Part shown: positions 8,402-18,704 of the stretch, piece by piece
How positions within the stretch are numbered: the stretch's first letter is position 1
Layout of the letters: every line of letters begins with the position of its first letter
Assembly: GCA_963702005.1 (NCBI GenBank)
Contig: OY969696.1
Coordinates: forward strand, 480,001 to 544,000
Direction of reading: 5' to 3'
DNA: 64,000 nucleotides
Origin: Candidatus Aminicenantes bacterium
GTDB lineage: Bacteria; Acidobacteriota; Aminicenantia; Aminicenantales; JAFGBC01
Position numbers and translations under genes: made by a program
The notes under the pieces: model-generated
Told to the model about the DNA's origin: nothing
What the model saw: only the letters and a program-made list of their open reading frames with translations
The model's database searches: none

Positions 8402-11077
8402 ATGAGCCAAGATCGGCTTGTCCTCATCGACGGGAATTCCCTTCTTTATCGCTCGTTCTACGCCATCCAGCGGCTCTCGACCTCGGACGGCTTCCCGACA
8501 AACGCCATCTACGGGTTCCTGATGACTCTCCGCAAGATCATCGGGGAGGAGAGCCCCCGCTTCCTGGGAGTCGTTTTCGACACCAAGGGGCCGACCGTCC
8601 GCCATGAAGTCTACAAGGACTACAAGGCCCATCGAAAGCCCATGCCCGACGACCTCGTCCGCCAGATCCCCAAGCTCAAGGAGGTCCTGGCGGCGATGCG
8701 GATTCCGGTCCGCGAGTCCGAGGGATTCGAGGCGGACGACGTCCTGGGGACGCTGGCCGTCCAGGCCGCCCGGAAGAAGATCCCCACCGTCATCGTCTCG
8801 ACCGATAAAGACCTCCTCCAACTCGTCGGGCCTTCGGTCTCCGTCTACAACCCGTCCAAGGATGTCCGCCTCGACGAGAAGGGCGTCCGCGAGTTCTTCG
8901 GCGTCCCGCCCTCCAAGGTCGTGGACGTCCTCTCCCTCTGGGGGGATTCCTCGGACAACGTGCCCGGCGTTCCGGGGATCGGCGAGAAGACGGCCAAGCG
9001 GCTCATCGAGGAACACGGGTCGCTCGACGGACTCCTCAAGGACCTGGACAAGCTCCGGAACCTCCGCCTCAAGGACAAAATCAAGGAAAGCCTGGATCTC
9101 CTCGCAATGAGCCGCGAGCTGGTGACCCTCCGGATCGATCTCGACATTCCCCTCGACCTCGATCAATTCGCCGTCTCCGAGCCGGACGCCCGAGAGCTGT
9201 TGCGTCTATTCCGCGAGCTCGAATTCACGTCTCTGGCCTCCGAATACGGCAAGGACCTCGAGAAGCGCGAAGCGCGCTACACGACCATCCTGGACAGGAA
9301 AGAGCTCGAGAGGCTCGTCGCTCGGATCAGAAAAACGGAGACGGTCTCGATCGACACCGAGACCGACAGTCCCGTCCCCACCCAGGCTAAGCTCGTCGGG
9401 ATCTCGTTCGCGCTCGAGCCGGACGAAGCCTTCTATCTCCCGCTCGGACACGACTACGCGGGCGCCCCCGCCCAAATCGCCAAGCCGGCCGCCCTCGCCG
9501 CCCTGCGCGGCGTCCTCGAGGACCCGGCCGTCCGGAAGATCGGCCAGAACATCAAGTACGACGCCATCGTGCTGGCCGGAGACGGGGTCGAACTTGAAGG
9601 GATCGAAGGCGATACGATGGTCCTCTCCTATCTCCTGGAGCCCAACTGGGGCAAGCACAACTTGGAACGGCTCGCCGCCCATTATCTCCAGGAGCGAAAA
9701 ACGCGCTATCAAGAAGTCGCCGGCAAGGGGAAATCCGCGACGACGCTGGATAAAGTCCCGGTCGAGGCCGTCACGGCTTATTCCTGCCAGGACGCGGACA
9801 TCGCCCTCCGCTTGAGGGACGTCCTCTGGCCCCGGATCGAGGCCAAGAAGCTCGACCGGCTCTACAACGATATCGAAAAGCCCTTGATCCGGATCCTGGC
9901 CGACATGGAGTTGGCCGGCGTCAAGGTCGACGGCCGCGCCTTGAAGGCGCTCTCCAAGGAGCTCGGCAAGGATCTGGACCGGCTGACGGCCCGGATCCAC
10001 GAGCTGGCCGGCGTCGTCTTCAACATCAACTCGCCCCGGCAGCTGGGCGAGATCCTTTTCAGCAAGCTCGCCTTGCCCCCCTCGCGGAAGACCAAGGCGA
10101 CCAAGAGCTTCTCGACGTCCCTGGAGACGCTCCAGGAGCTCGCCCCCCTCCATCCGCTCGTCGGACAGGTCCTCGAGTACCGGCAGCTCGCCAAGCTCAA
10201 ATCGACCTATGCCGACGCCCTGACCGAACTCGTCAACCCCCGGACGGGGCGGATCCACACCTCCTACAACCAGACCGTCACGGCCACCGGCCGGCTGTCG
10301 TCGAGCGATCCCAACCTCCAGAACATTCCGATTCGGGGCGAGATGGGGCGGCGCTTCCGCCAAGCCTTCATCGCCGAGAAGGGGCATCTCCTTCTCGCCG
10401 CCGACTATTCCCAGATCGAGCTCCGGGTGCTCGCGCATCTCTCCCGGGACCCGGCCCTGGTCGAGATCTTCCTCAAGGACCGCGACATCCACGCGGAAAC
10501 GGCCAAACGGGTGTTCGGAGACGAGGCCTCCCTCTTCTCCGACGACATGCGGCGCCGGGCCAAAGTCATCAACTTCAGCATCATCTACGGCGCGGGAGCG
10601 TTCTCGATGGCCCGCGAGCTGGGGACCACCCCCGCCGAAGCCCAAAAATTCATAGACCGCTACTTCGAGGAATATCCCGGCGTCCGGGATTTTCTGGAGA
10701 CCATGGTCCGCGAGGCCGAAGAACGCGGCTATTCCGAGACCCTCTTCGGACGGCAGCGCCAGATTCCGGAGCTGCGTCAGGACAACAAGATCGCCCAGCA
10801 GGCCGGCCGCCGGATCGCCCTCAACACTCCCATCCAGGGGACGGCCGCCGACCTCATGAAAAAGGCCATGGTCGAAATCTGGCGCGCCCTCCGCAAGAAA
10901 AAACTCCGGTCACGGATGATCCTTCAGGTCCACGACGAGCTCGTCTTCGAGGTCCCCGAGGAGGAGCGGACGGCTATCGAGTCTTTGGTGCGGGAGCGGA
11001 TGGAAAACGTCCTCCCTCTCGCCGTCCCCCTCAAGGTCCACCTCGGCTGGGGCTCTCACTGGGACGAAGCTAAGTAG
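8402..11077 (+). CDS. polA: DNA polymerase I
   Basis: 5'-3' exonuclease (LIDGNSLLYRSFYA, EADDVLGT, GIGEKTA), 3'-5' exonuclease (IDTETDS), polymerase (TGRLSSSDPNLQNIP, ADYSQIELR, LQVHDEL). Confidence 0.98.
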   Translation: MSQDRLVLIDGNSLLYRSFYAIQRLSTSDGFPTNAIYGFLMTLRKIIGEESPRFLGVVFDTKGPTVRHEVYKDYKAHRKPMPDDLVRQIPKLKEVLAAMRIPVRESEGFEADDVLGTLAVQAARKKIPTVIVSTDKDLLQLVGPSVSVYNPSKDVRLDEKGVREFFGVPPSKVVDVLSLWGDSSDNVPGVPGIGEKTAKRLIEEHGSLDGLLKDLDKLRNLRLKDKIKESLDLLAMSRELVTLRIDLDIPLDLDQFAVSEPDARELLRLFRELEFTSLASEYGKDLEKREARYTTILDRKELERLVARIRKTETVSIDTETDSPVPTQAKLVGISFALEPDEAFYLPLGHDYAGAPAQIAKPAALAALRGVLEDPAVRKIGQNIKYDAIVLAGDGVELEGIEGDTMVLSYLLEPNWGKHNLERLAAHYLQERKTRYQEVAGKGKSATTLDKVPVEAVTAYSCQDADIALRLRDVLWPRIEAKKLDRLYNDIEKPLIRILADMELAGVKVDGRALKALSKELGKDLDRLTARIHELAGVVFNINSPRQLGEILFSKLALPPSRKTKATKSFSTSLETLQELAPLHPLVGQVLEYRQLAKLKSTYADALTELVNPRTGRIHTSYNQTVTATGRLSSSDPNLQNIPIRGEMGRRFRQAFIAEKGHLLLAADYSQIELRVLAHLSRDPALVEIFLKDRDIHAETAKRVFGDEASLFSDDMRRRAKVINFSIIYGAGAFSMARELGTTPAEAQKFIDRYFEEYPGVRDFLETMVREAEERGYSETLFGRQRQIPELRQDNKIAQQAGRRIALNTPIQGTAADLMKKAMVEIWRALRKKKLRSRMILQVHDELVFEVPEEERTAIESLVRERMENVLPLAVPLKVHLGWGSHWDEAK

Positions 11078-11093
11078 CGGCCGGACTCGAGTC

Positions 11094-12218
11094 TCAGAGG
11101 GATTTCTGGAAGACCCGGTATTTTTTGTAGACCTGCCCGCCCATACGTTCCATCTCGGCCCGGACCTTGACGTTGGTTTCCATCTCGTGATGCGTGTCCA
11201 TGATCTCGAAGCCCGCTTCCTGGGCCGACTGGATCATCTTGACCCCCATCATGACATCCAAGCCGCGGCCCCGGTATTTTTCCCGGATGGCACCCAGCAG
11301 GAGGTCAAGCTGTTTGGTCGTCTTGGCGGACCGGAGGATCTTGAGGAACCCGAACGGGAAGAGGCGGCCCCGCGCCCTCTGGATTCCCTCAGACATGTCG
11401 GGGATGCCGATGACGAAGGAGACCAGCTCGCCGTCCTTGAGGACGACCTTGATGAAATGGGGATTGATGACGGGCATGTAGCGTTTGGCCAGCTCGTCCA
11501 TTTCCTTCTCGCTGAGGGGGGCGTAGCCGTAGATGTTCCCGGCCGCGTAGACCTCGTTCATGAGGCTTAGGATGGGCCGGACCCAGCGTTTCAGCTCCTT
11601 TTTGGACCGGAATTCGACAACCTCGAATTGCCCCTTGCGCTTGGCCCGTTCGAAAATCTTGGTGTAGAACTCGGGCATCACCTTGGGAACGTCGAGCTTG
11701 TAAACATAATAATCGATGTCCTTGGTGTAGCCTTCCCGTTCGATCATCCCCGGCATCCACTCGAAGTTGAAGTAGGTCGCGATCGTCGCCCGGTTTTCGA
11801 ACCCCTGGATCATGAAGCCCTCGGGGTCCTGGTCCGAGAATCCATAGGGGCCGACGATCCGGGTCATGCCCTTCGCGCGGGACCAGTCCTCGACGCGGGC
11901 CAGCAGGGCATGGACGACGGCCTGGTCTTCGGGCGTCTCGAGATACCCGAAGCGGGCCGTCCGCTCCTCCCGGTGCTCATTGTAGCGGGGGTTGATGATC
12001 CCCATGGCCCGGCCGACCGGGCGACCGTCCCGCTCGGCCAGGAGGCGGATGGTATCGCAATAGGAGAAGGACTCGTTCTTCCCGGGATCGAAGTACTTCC
12101 ACTCGTCCATATAGATGGGGTGGACCCAGTTCGCGTGCCCCCGGTGGAGGCGCTCCGGGAGGTTGATGAAGGCCTTGAGGTCCTTTTTCGTCGCGACATC
12201 CCTAACCGTTATGCTCAT
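11094..12218 (-). CDS. YghO-like GNAT-fold (tandem) N-acetyltransferase
   Basis: DLKAFINLP, VGRAMGIIN, GPYGFSDQDPEG, KYRGRGL, KKYRVFQKSL pattern. Confidence 0.7.
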   Translation of the reverse strand: MSITVRDVATKKDLKAFINLPERLHRGHANWVHPIYMDEWKYFDPGKNESFSYCDTIRLLAERDGRPVGRAMGIINPRYNEHREERTARFGYLETPEDQAVVHALLARVEDWSRAKGMTRIVGPYGFSDQDPEGFMIQGFENRATIATYFNFEWMPGMIEREGYTKDIDYYVYKLDVPKVMPEFYTKIFERAKRKGQFEVVEFRSKKELKRWVRPILSLMNEVYAAGNIYGYAPLSEKEMDELAKRYMPVINPHFIKVVLKDGELVSFVIGIPDMSEGIQRARGRLFPFGFLKILRSAKTTKQLDLLLGAIREKYRGRGLDVMMGVKMIQSAQEAGFEIMDTHHEMETNVKVRAEMERMGGQVYKKYRVFQKSL

Positions 12219-12318
12219 GGTTGCCGCCTCCCTCATTCCTGATCGTCCGTTCATTTCTTTATCCTATATTGCGGGGAAAAAATCAACCGAAAAAAGGGCC
12301 GGAACGGTGGCGTTTAAT

Positions 12319-12347
12319 TTGACTTTTGGGGGGGGCGTCAATATACT
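12319..12347 (+). promoter_or_regulatory. Sigma70-type promoter of the hydrogenase operon; G8 tract in the spacer and TTGAC-N13-GTCAA inverted repeat
   Basis: TTGACT(12319-24)-TTTGGGGGGGGCGTCAA(17 nt)-TATACT(12342-47). Confidence 0.7.
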
Positions 12348-12357
12348 TTATCCTCCC

Positions 12358-13788
12358 ATGAGCCAAGAAACCATAACCCTCCTCACGATTTTCGTCCCCA
12401 TCATCGGGTCTTTCACGATCCCCGCAGCCAGCCTCATCTCCAAGCCCTTTCGCTCCCTGTGGTCGGTCCTGCTCGGCGCCGCGACGGCGCTCCTGCCGCT
12501 GATGCTCATACCTTTCGCCCTGACGGGCGGCGAGCTCGTCATCCGCAAGGACCTCTTCCTGGGCCTCGACTTCGTCCTCGTCGTCGATCCCCTGTCCGTG
12601 TTCATGGCCATCGTCTCCTCGACGGTCGGCTGCCTCATCGTCATTTACTCGATCGGCTATATTCATCACGACGAGAACCAGAACGAGTACTACCTCATGG
12701 TCCTCCTCTTCATCGGGTCGATGATGGGTCTCGTCTTTTCCGGCAATCTCATTTTCATGTACCTATTCTGGGAGATCATCGCCATCTGCTGCTGGCGGCT
12801 TATCGGTTTCTACCGGCTCCGGGAATTCGTCCGCAAGGCCGACAAGGCGTTCCTGGTGACCTTTTTCGGGGCCGTCGTCATGCTCCTCGGCTTCATTCAG
12901 ATCTACAACCAGACCCATTCCTTCGACTTGACTCAGATGCGGGGGACTCTGATCCCCGGGAGCGCCGTCCTCCTGATCCTGTTCGGCATGTTCTCGAAGT
13001 CGGCCACCGTCCCTCTCCACACCTGGCTCCCCGACGCCGGCGTCGCGCCGACGACGGTTACGGCCCTCCTTCACGCGGCCGTCCTGGTCAAGATCGGCGT
13101 CTACGCCTACGCCCGGCTGTTCCTGGCGACCTTCCAGATCCCGCCCGTCTGGCAGCAGATCATCCCGATCTTGGCCGTCGTCTCCAGCCTGGTCGCCGCC
13201 GGGGCGGCCGCCGTCGAGAACGACTTCAAACGCCTGCTGGCCTATTCGACGATCAGCCAGATCGGATACATTTTCCTCGGCTTCAGCGTCGCCAACCAGG
13301 CGGGGATCTCCGGGTCCCTGCTCTTCATTCTTATGCACGGCCTGGCCAAGGCCGGGCTCTTCCTCTGCGCCGGGATCGTCATCCACGCCACCCACACCAA
13401 AGACATCCGCGAAATGGGCGGCCTGATCAAGACTATGCCCCTGACGGCCATGGCCTTCCTGTTTTGCGCTTTCTCGGTCATCGGCATCCCGCCCTTCGGC
13501 GGATTCTTCTCCAAGTTCCTGGTCATTATGGGCACGGTTAAGGCCGGCCAGGTCTGGCTGGCGGCCGTCGCCCTGTTCACGGCGGTCCTGACGATGTACT
13601 ACCTCCTCAAGGCCTTCAGCCTCGTCTTCCTGGGAGAAGCCAAGAGGCCGGCCCCGGAGAAAACGTTTTCAATGGTCGCGGTCGTCACGGTCCTGGCCGT
13701 CGCCTCGATCCTGGCAGGGATCTTCGTGTCCTATCCCATGAAATTCGTCAATATCGCCACATCCCAAATCAGCTGGTGGTACCGATGA
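12358..13788 (+). CDS. Antiporter-like membrane subunit 1 (NuoL/M/N, MrpA/D family) of the group 4 hydrogenase
   Basis: Highly hydrophobic; FWE, KSATVPLHTWLPDA..APT, KRLLAYSTISQIGY, GIPPFGGFFSK. Confidence 0.9.
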   Translation: MSQETITLLTIFVPIIGSFTIPAASLISKPFRSLWSVLLGAATALLPLMLIPFALTGGELVIRKDLFLGLDFVLVVDPLSVFMAIVSSTVGCLIVIYSIGYIHHDENQNEYYLMVLLFIGSMMGLVFSGNLIFMYLFWEIIAICCWRLIGFYRLREFVRKADKAFLVTFFGAVVMLLGFIQIYNQTHSFDLTQMRGTLIPGSAVLLILFGMFSKSATVPLHTWLPDAGVAPTTVTALLHAAVLVKIGVYAYARLFLATFQIPPVWQQIIPILAVVSSLVAAGAAAVENDFKRLLAYSTISQIGYIFLGFSVANQAGISGSLLFILMHGLAKAGLFLCAGIVIHATHTKDIREMGGLIKTMPLTAMAFLFCAFSVIGIPPFGGFFSKFLVIMGTVKAGQVWLAAVALFTAVLTMYYLLKAFSLVFLGEAKRPAPEKTFSMVAVVTVLAVASILAGIFVSYPMKFVNIATSQISWWYR

Positions 13789-15650
13789 GCCCCAACATGC
13801 TTCTGGTCCCCATCCTCGTTCCGGCGGGGCTGGCCGCCCTGTTATTCCTGCTGCCGAAGCGCATCCGCCTCGTCCGGGAAGTCCTGAGTGTCGCGGGTTC
13901 CCTGGCCCTCCTCTATCTCGCCTTCGTCCTGTTCGGCGTCAAGACGCTGGAGCTGAAGCTCGCCTGGCTCGGGATGGGCATCGACTTCGACCTCCGGCTC
14001 TTCCATTTTTCGAGCTTTATCCTGCTCGGCCTGGCCGGATTCCTGTTCCTGATCAGCCTCTACTCGACGGTCAAGATGAAGGACACCCCCCGGGTCCGGG
14101 AATACTACGCCTACGTCTTTCTGTCGGCGGCCCTGGCCAACGGCGCCGTCCTTTCCAATAACTTCGTCCCTCTCGTTTTCTTCTGGGAGGGCCTCCTGTT
14201 AACCCTCTACGGGCTCATCAGCCTCGGGGGCAAGGAGGCCAACCGGACGGCCGTCAAAGCCTTCATTATCAGCGGGTTCTGCGACTTCGCCATGATCCTG
14301 GGGATCGGACTGCTCTGGTCGATCACGGGGACGCTGACCCTGTCCGAGATCTCGGTCAAGCCCGAGGGCTTGGCCGCCGCGAGCTTCATCCTGATGATGA
14401 TCGGCGCCATCGGCAAAGCGGGGGCCATGCCCTTCCACACCTGGATCCCCGATGCGGCCATCGACGCGCCGGTGAGCTTCATGGCCTTCATGCCGGCCGC
14501 CTTCGAGAAGCTCCTGGGGATCTACCTCCTGGCCCGGATCACCCTGGACCTCTTCCGGCTCGAAGCGCGGACGACGATGTCGATCGTCCTGATGACCATC
14601 GGCGCCCTGACCATCGTCCTGGCCGTCCTAATGGCCCTCATCCAGAAGGATTTAAAAAAGCTCCTCTCCTTCCACGCCGTATCTCAGGTCGGTTACATGA
14701 TCCTGGGAATCGGGACCGGGATTCCGGTCGGCATCGCCGGCGGGATCTTCCATATGATCAACCACGCCATGTACAAGTGCGGCCTGTTCCTGAGCGCGGG
14801 CTCGGTCGAACACCGGGCCGGCACGACCGAGCTCAAGAAATTGGGCGGCCTGGCCCGCGAGATGCCGCTGACGGCGGCCGGGTTCACCGTCTGCGCCCTG
14901 GCCATCTCCGGGGTCTGGCCCCTCAACGGGTTCGTCTCTAAAGAGATGGTCTTTCACGGCGCCCTGGAAACGGGTTATAAAGTTTTCGCGGTCGCGGCCT
15001 GGGTCGGGGCCATCTTCACCTTCGCCTCCTTCCTCAAGGCCGGCCATTCCGTCTTCTTCGGGGACCGTTCCCAAGACGTCCCCAAGGTCAAGGAGAGCCC
15101 GAGTCCCATCGTCATCCCCATCCTCATCCTGGCCCTGCTGTGCATCACGTTCGGCGTTTATAACAAACTCCCGCTGACCCAGTTCATCCAACCCATTCTG
15201 ACCGGCCACGCCGAGGCCGGCGCCCACCTCGATTTCACGGCCCACGCCCTGAGCTTGCTGAACCCCGTCGCGGGAATTTCCATCCTCTGCCTGATCATCG
15301 CCCTCGGGCTCCATCTTTACGGGTGGAACCGGGCCGGAAAGAAGGCCTATCTGGCTTCGGAGCCCGTCCATACCCTGCCGGTCCTCCACCGCCTCTACGA
15401 CTTGTCTGAAGCGCGCTTCTTCGACCTCTACGAGCAGGGGGTGAAATTCCTGAAAGGCCTGTCCCGGCTCCTGGTCCGGGCCGTCGATCGGCCCATTGAC
15501 TTCTTCTTCGAGAAGATCGTGACCGCCGTGGGCATCCGGTTGACGAGCCTCTTCCAGAAAGCCCACAACGGTCAATACGCGAACTACCTGGCCTGGTGCC
15601 TGGCCGGGCTCCTGGCGATCGTGGGGATCGTCAGCCTGGTCGTCAAATAG
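13785..15650 (+). CDS. Antiporter-like subunit 2 with NuoL/MrpA-type C-terminal extension
   Basis: KAGAMPFHTWIPDA, KKLLSFHAVSQVGY; C-terminal amphipathic helix plus HNGQYANYLAW and a final TM helix. Confidence 0.9.
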   Translation: MSPNMLLVPILVPAGLAALLFLLPKRIRLVREVLSVAGSLALLYLAFVLFGVKTLELKLAWLGMGIDFDLRLFHFSSFILLGLAGFLFLISLYSTVKMKDTPRVREYYAYVFLSAALANGAVLSNNFVPLVFFWEGLLLTLYGLISLGGKEANRTAVKAFIISGFCDFAMILGIGLLWSITGTLTLSEISVKPEGLAAASFILMMIGAIGKAGAMPFHTWIPDAAIDAPVSFMAFMPAAFEKLLGIYLLARITLDLFRLEARTTMSIVLMTIGALTIVLAVLMALIQKDLKKLLSFHAVSQVGYMILGIGTGIPVGIAGGIFHMINHAMYKCGLFLSAGSVEHRAGTTELKKLGGLAREMPLTAAGFTVCALAISGVWPLNGFVSKEMVFHGALETGYKVFAVAAWVGAIFTFASFLKAGHSVFFGDRSQDVPKVKESPSPIVIPILILALLCITFGVYNKLPLTQFIQPILTGHAEAGAHLDFTAHALSLLNPVAGISILCLIIALGLHLYGWNRAGKKAYLASEPVHTLPVLHRLYDLSEARFFDLYEQGVKFLKGLSRLLVRAVDRPIDFFFEKIVTAVGIRLTSLFQKAHNGQYANYLAWCLAGLLAIVGIVSLVVK

Positions 15651-15661
15651 AGGAGGCCCCT

Positions 15662-17140
15662 TTGCTATTTTTGTTCGTCGCCGTCCCGCTCGCCGTCGCC
15701 GGGGTGCTGCCGCTGCTGGGGAAGCTCTCCAAGCGGGTTCTCCCCGACATCCTTTCCAACCTGACCTTTCTCTTCCTGCTCGTCTACGCCGTCACGGCCG
15801 GACGGCAGATCATCGCCGGCGGCCCGGTCAGCCAACAGGTTCTCTGGTTCGGCGAGCCCGTAAACATTCAGATGGGGCTCGACGGGTTCGCCCTGTTCAT
15901 GCTGATGGCCATCGCCCTGGTCAGTCTCTGCGCGGGGATCTTTTCGATCGACTACATGGAGCACCACGGCGCCAAGGCCAACTTCTACGCTTTGTTCCTG
16001 ATCATGGTCGCCGGGATGAACGGCCTCGTCCTGTCCACGGACTTGTTCCAGGTCTACCTGTTCCTCGAGGTCGCGGCCGTCGCTTCCTACGCCTTGGTCG
16101 CCTACGGCCTGGGCTACGACGAACTCGAGGCGTCCTTCAAGTACCTCCTCCTTTCCGTCGTCGCCTCCGCCTTTGTCCTGATCGGCGTCACGGTCCTGTT
16201 CGGGCTGACCGGCAGCCTGGGCTTCGAGGCCGTCGGCCGCGGACTCCAGGCCCTTCAGGCCGGCCCGACGGTCGCGCTCTGCGCGGCCTTGTTCATCGCC
16301 GGGTTCGGCCTCAAGGCGGCGCTCATCCCCTTCCACGCCTGGCTTCCCGACGCCCACCCCTCGGCCCCGGCTCCGATCTCGGCCATGCTGTCCGGCCTCT
16401 TGATCAAGGTCTCCGGGATCTACGCAATGACCCGGATCTTCTTCTCCGTATTCGGCATGACCCCGCTCCTGTCCCGACTCCTGATGGGCCTGGGCGTCAT
16501 CTCTATCGTCGTCGCCGCCCTCCTGGCCTTGGGGCAGAAGGACATCAAGCGGATGCTGGCCTATTCCTCGATCAGCCAGGTCGGCTACATCATCCTGGGC
16601 ATCGGATTGGGAACCCCGCTCGGGATCCTGGGCGGCCTTTTCCACCTCTTCAACCATGCCCTGGCCAAGGGGCTCCTGTTCTTGACCTCCGGCTCCGTCC
16701 AGATGGCGACCGGCACGCGGAACCTCGACGAGATGGGCGGCCTGGCCAAGCGGATGCCGTTGACCGCCGCCACGAACCTGGTCGGATCGCTGTCGATCGC
16801 GGGCGTTCCGCCCTTGGGGGGGTTCTGGAGCAAGCTCATCATCATCATGGCCCTCGTCCAGGCCGGCCGCTGGTCCTTGGCCGTCGTCGCCGTCTTGGCC
16901 AGCGTCCTGACCCTCTGGTATTACCTCCTCATCCAGCGCAAGGCCTTCTTCGGAAAGCTCGAAGAGCGCTGGAAGGATATCCGCGAAGCGCCGCTGTGGA
17001 TGTCGGCCGCGACCGTCGTCCTGGCCCTCCTCTGCATCGGCGTCGGCATCTTCTTTGCCGCCGTCCTCAAGTTCTGGATTCAGCCGGCCGCGAACGTCCT
17101 GGCCCAGGGCGTTTCCGCCATGCTCTCGTGGGGAAGGTAA
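15662..17140 (+). CDS. Antiporter-like subunit 3 (MrpD/MbhH/NuoN-like)
   Basis: AGGAGG RBS then TTG. KAALIPFHAWLPDAHPSAP, KRMLAYSSISQVGY, GVPPLGGFWSK. Confidence 0.9.
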   Translation: MLFLFVAVPLAVAGVLPLLGKLSKRVLPDILSNLTFLFLLVYAVTAGRQIIAGGPVSQQVLWFGEPVNIQMGLDGFALFMLMAIALVSLCAGIFSIDYMEHHGAKANFYALFLIMVAGMNGLVLSTDLFQVYLFLEVAAVASYALVAYGLGYDELEASFKYLLLSVVASAFVLIGVTVLFGLTGSLGFEAVGRGLQALQAGPTVALCAALFIAGFGLKAALIPFHAWLPDAHPSAPAPISAMLSGLLIKVSGIYAMTRIFFSVFGMTPLLSRLLMGLGVISIVVAALLALGQKDIKRMLAYSSISQVGYIILGIGLGTPLGILGGLFHLFNHALAKGLLFLTSGSVQMATGTRNLDEMGGLAKRMPLTAATNLVGSLSIAGVPPLGGFWSKLIIIMALVQAGRWSLAVVAVLASVLTLWYYLLIQRKAFFGKLEERWKDIREAPLWMSAATVVLALLCIGVGIFFAAVLKFWIQPAANVLAQGVSAMLSWGR

Positions 17141-17143
17141 GAC

Positions 17144-17632
17144 ATGACCGTCCAAATCCTGCTGCTCATCGGCTTGGTCCTGTTCGCCGTCGCGGCCGTC
17201 CTTGTCAAGGACCTCATCAAAGCCGCCATCTGCCTGGCCGCGGCCAGCCTCCTGCTCGGAATCCTTTTCTTCCGGCTGGGCGCTCCTTACGCCGGCGCCT
17301 TTGAGATTTCGGTCGTGGCCGGCTTGATCACGGTCTTGTTCATGCTGACGATCGCTCTAACCAAGACGGGCGGCGACGTCACCGAGTCGAAGCTGGCGAC
17401 GGTGGCCTTCCCGCTTTTCTTCGTCCTCTTCCTGGCCGTGGACGTCCTGGTCACCAGGAGCCTGGTCCGGAAGATCGTGGCGCTTCCGGCGGCGCCCGAG
17501 GCCGGCGCCTTCGGCGAAGTTCTCTGGAAGCAGAGGACCCTGGACCTGGTCGGTCAGGTCTGCATCATCTTCGCCGGCGTCCTGGCCGTCCTGGCCCTGT
17601 TTCGCAAGAGGAGCAAAGACAACGATGACTAG
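17144..17632 (+). CDS. NuoJ-like membrane subunit
   Basis: About 5 TM helices; LGAPYAGAFEISVVAGLITVLF; FGEVLW..R.LD. Confidence 0.75.
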   Translation: MTVQILLLIGLVLFAVAAVLVKDLIKAAICLAAASLLLGILFFRLGAPYAGAFEISVVAGLITVLFMLTIALTKTGGDVTESKLATVAFPLFFVLFLAVDVLVTRSLVRKIVALPAAPEAGAFGEVLWKQRTLDLVGQVCIIFAGVLAVLALFRKRSKDNDD

Positions 17633-17933
17633 CACCTGGACCCCCTATCTGTTCGTCGCCGCCGGCCTGCTGTTCATCGGAATCTATTGCCTTCTGGCGA
17701 TGCGGAACCTCATCAAGCTCTTCATCGGCGTCGAGATCATCAGCAAGGCCGTCAGCCTCATCATCGTCGCCACCGGCTTCGCCAAAAAGAACATCCTGAT
17801 CGCCCAGAGCCTGGTCGTGACCTTCATCGTCGTCGAGGTCAGCCTGGTCGCGACGGCCCTGGCCATCATCGTCAACCTCTACCGCCACACAAAAAGCCTG
17901 GACATCCGGAAGCTCTCCAGATTGAAAGGGTAA
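17625..17933 (+). CDS. NuoK/MrpC-like membrane subunit
   Basis: IGIYCLLAMRNLIKLFIGVEII...SLDIRKLSRLKG. Confidence 0.85.
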   Translation: MTSTWTPYLFVAAGLLFIGIYCLLAMRNLIKLFIGVEIISKAVSLIIVATGFAKKNILIAQSLVVTFIVVEVSLVATALAIIVNLYRHTKSLDIRKLSRLKG

Positions 17934-17936
17934 GCC

Positions 17937-18269
17937 ATGAATCCGATCGACGTCCTGCTCTCCCCGCCGATCGCGTTCCTCGTCTTCCTGGCCGTCGCCT
18001 TCCTCCTCTACGGACTGGGCCGGGGGCTGGCCCCCCGGGTCCGGAAGGTCGGGGGGAAGCTGGCCACCTACGCCTGCGGCGAAGACATCCCCGGCGCCAA
18101 GGTTCAATTCGGCTACCGGCTGTTCTTTTTCGTCGCCTTGTTCTTTACGATTATGCACGTCGCGGTCCTGGTCATCGCGACCGTCCCCTCCGGCCGGATC
18201 GCCCTGTTCGCCCTCCTCTACCTGGCGATGATCTTCCTGTCCATCCTGGCCCTGATCACGAGGAGCTAA
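17937..18269 (+). CDS. NuoA-like membrane subunit
   Basis: KLATYACGE loop, FFFVALFFTIMHV, 3 TM helices. Confidence 0.8.
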   Translation: MNPIDVLLSPPIAFLVFLAVAFLLYGLGRGLAPRVRKVGGKLATYACGEDIPGAKVQFGYRLFFFVALFFTIMHVAVLVIATVPSGRIALFALLYLAMIFLSILALITRS

Positions 18270-18270
18270 C

Positions 18271-18690
18271 ATGCTGAAACGTCTCGTCCGCTGGTCGAGG
18301 ATCAAGTCGCCCTGGATCCTCCACCTCAACTCCGGCGCCTGCAACGCCTGCGATATCGAGATCGTCGCCGCCCTGACGCCGCGCTTCGACGTCGAGCGGC
18401 TGGGGGTCCTGCTCAAGGCGACCCCGCGTCACGCCGACGTCCTCGTCTGCTCGGGTCCGGTCACCCGGCAGATGAAGGACCGGATCATCCGCCTTTACGA
18501 GCAGACGCCGGATCCCAAGTTCGTCGTCGCCATCGGGGCCTGCGCCATGTCCGGCTGCGTTTACCGGGGAGCCTACAACATCATGGGCGGGATCGATCAG
18601 GTCATCCCGGTCAACGTCTACGTGCCCGGCTGCCCGGCCCGGCCCGACGCTATCCTCGACGGCGTCGTCAAGCTCCTGGGCCAACTCTGA
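18271..18690 (+). CDS. [NiFe]-hydrogenase small subunit (EchC/NuoB-like)
   Basis: SGACNACDIE (CxxC hydrogenase type), PRHADVL, IGACAMSG, YVPGCPARPDAI. Confidence 0.93.
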   Translation: MLKRLVRWSRIKSPWILHLNSGACNACDIEIVAALTPRFDVERLGVLLKATPRHADVLVCSGPVTRQMKDRIIRLYEQTPDPKFVVAIGACAMSGCVYRGAYNIMGGIDQVIPVNVYVPGCPARPDAILDGVVKLLGQL

Positions 18691-18704
18691 GGAGCGAGGC
18701 AACC

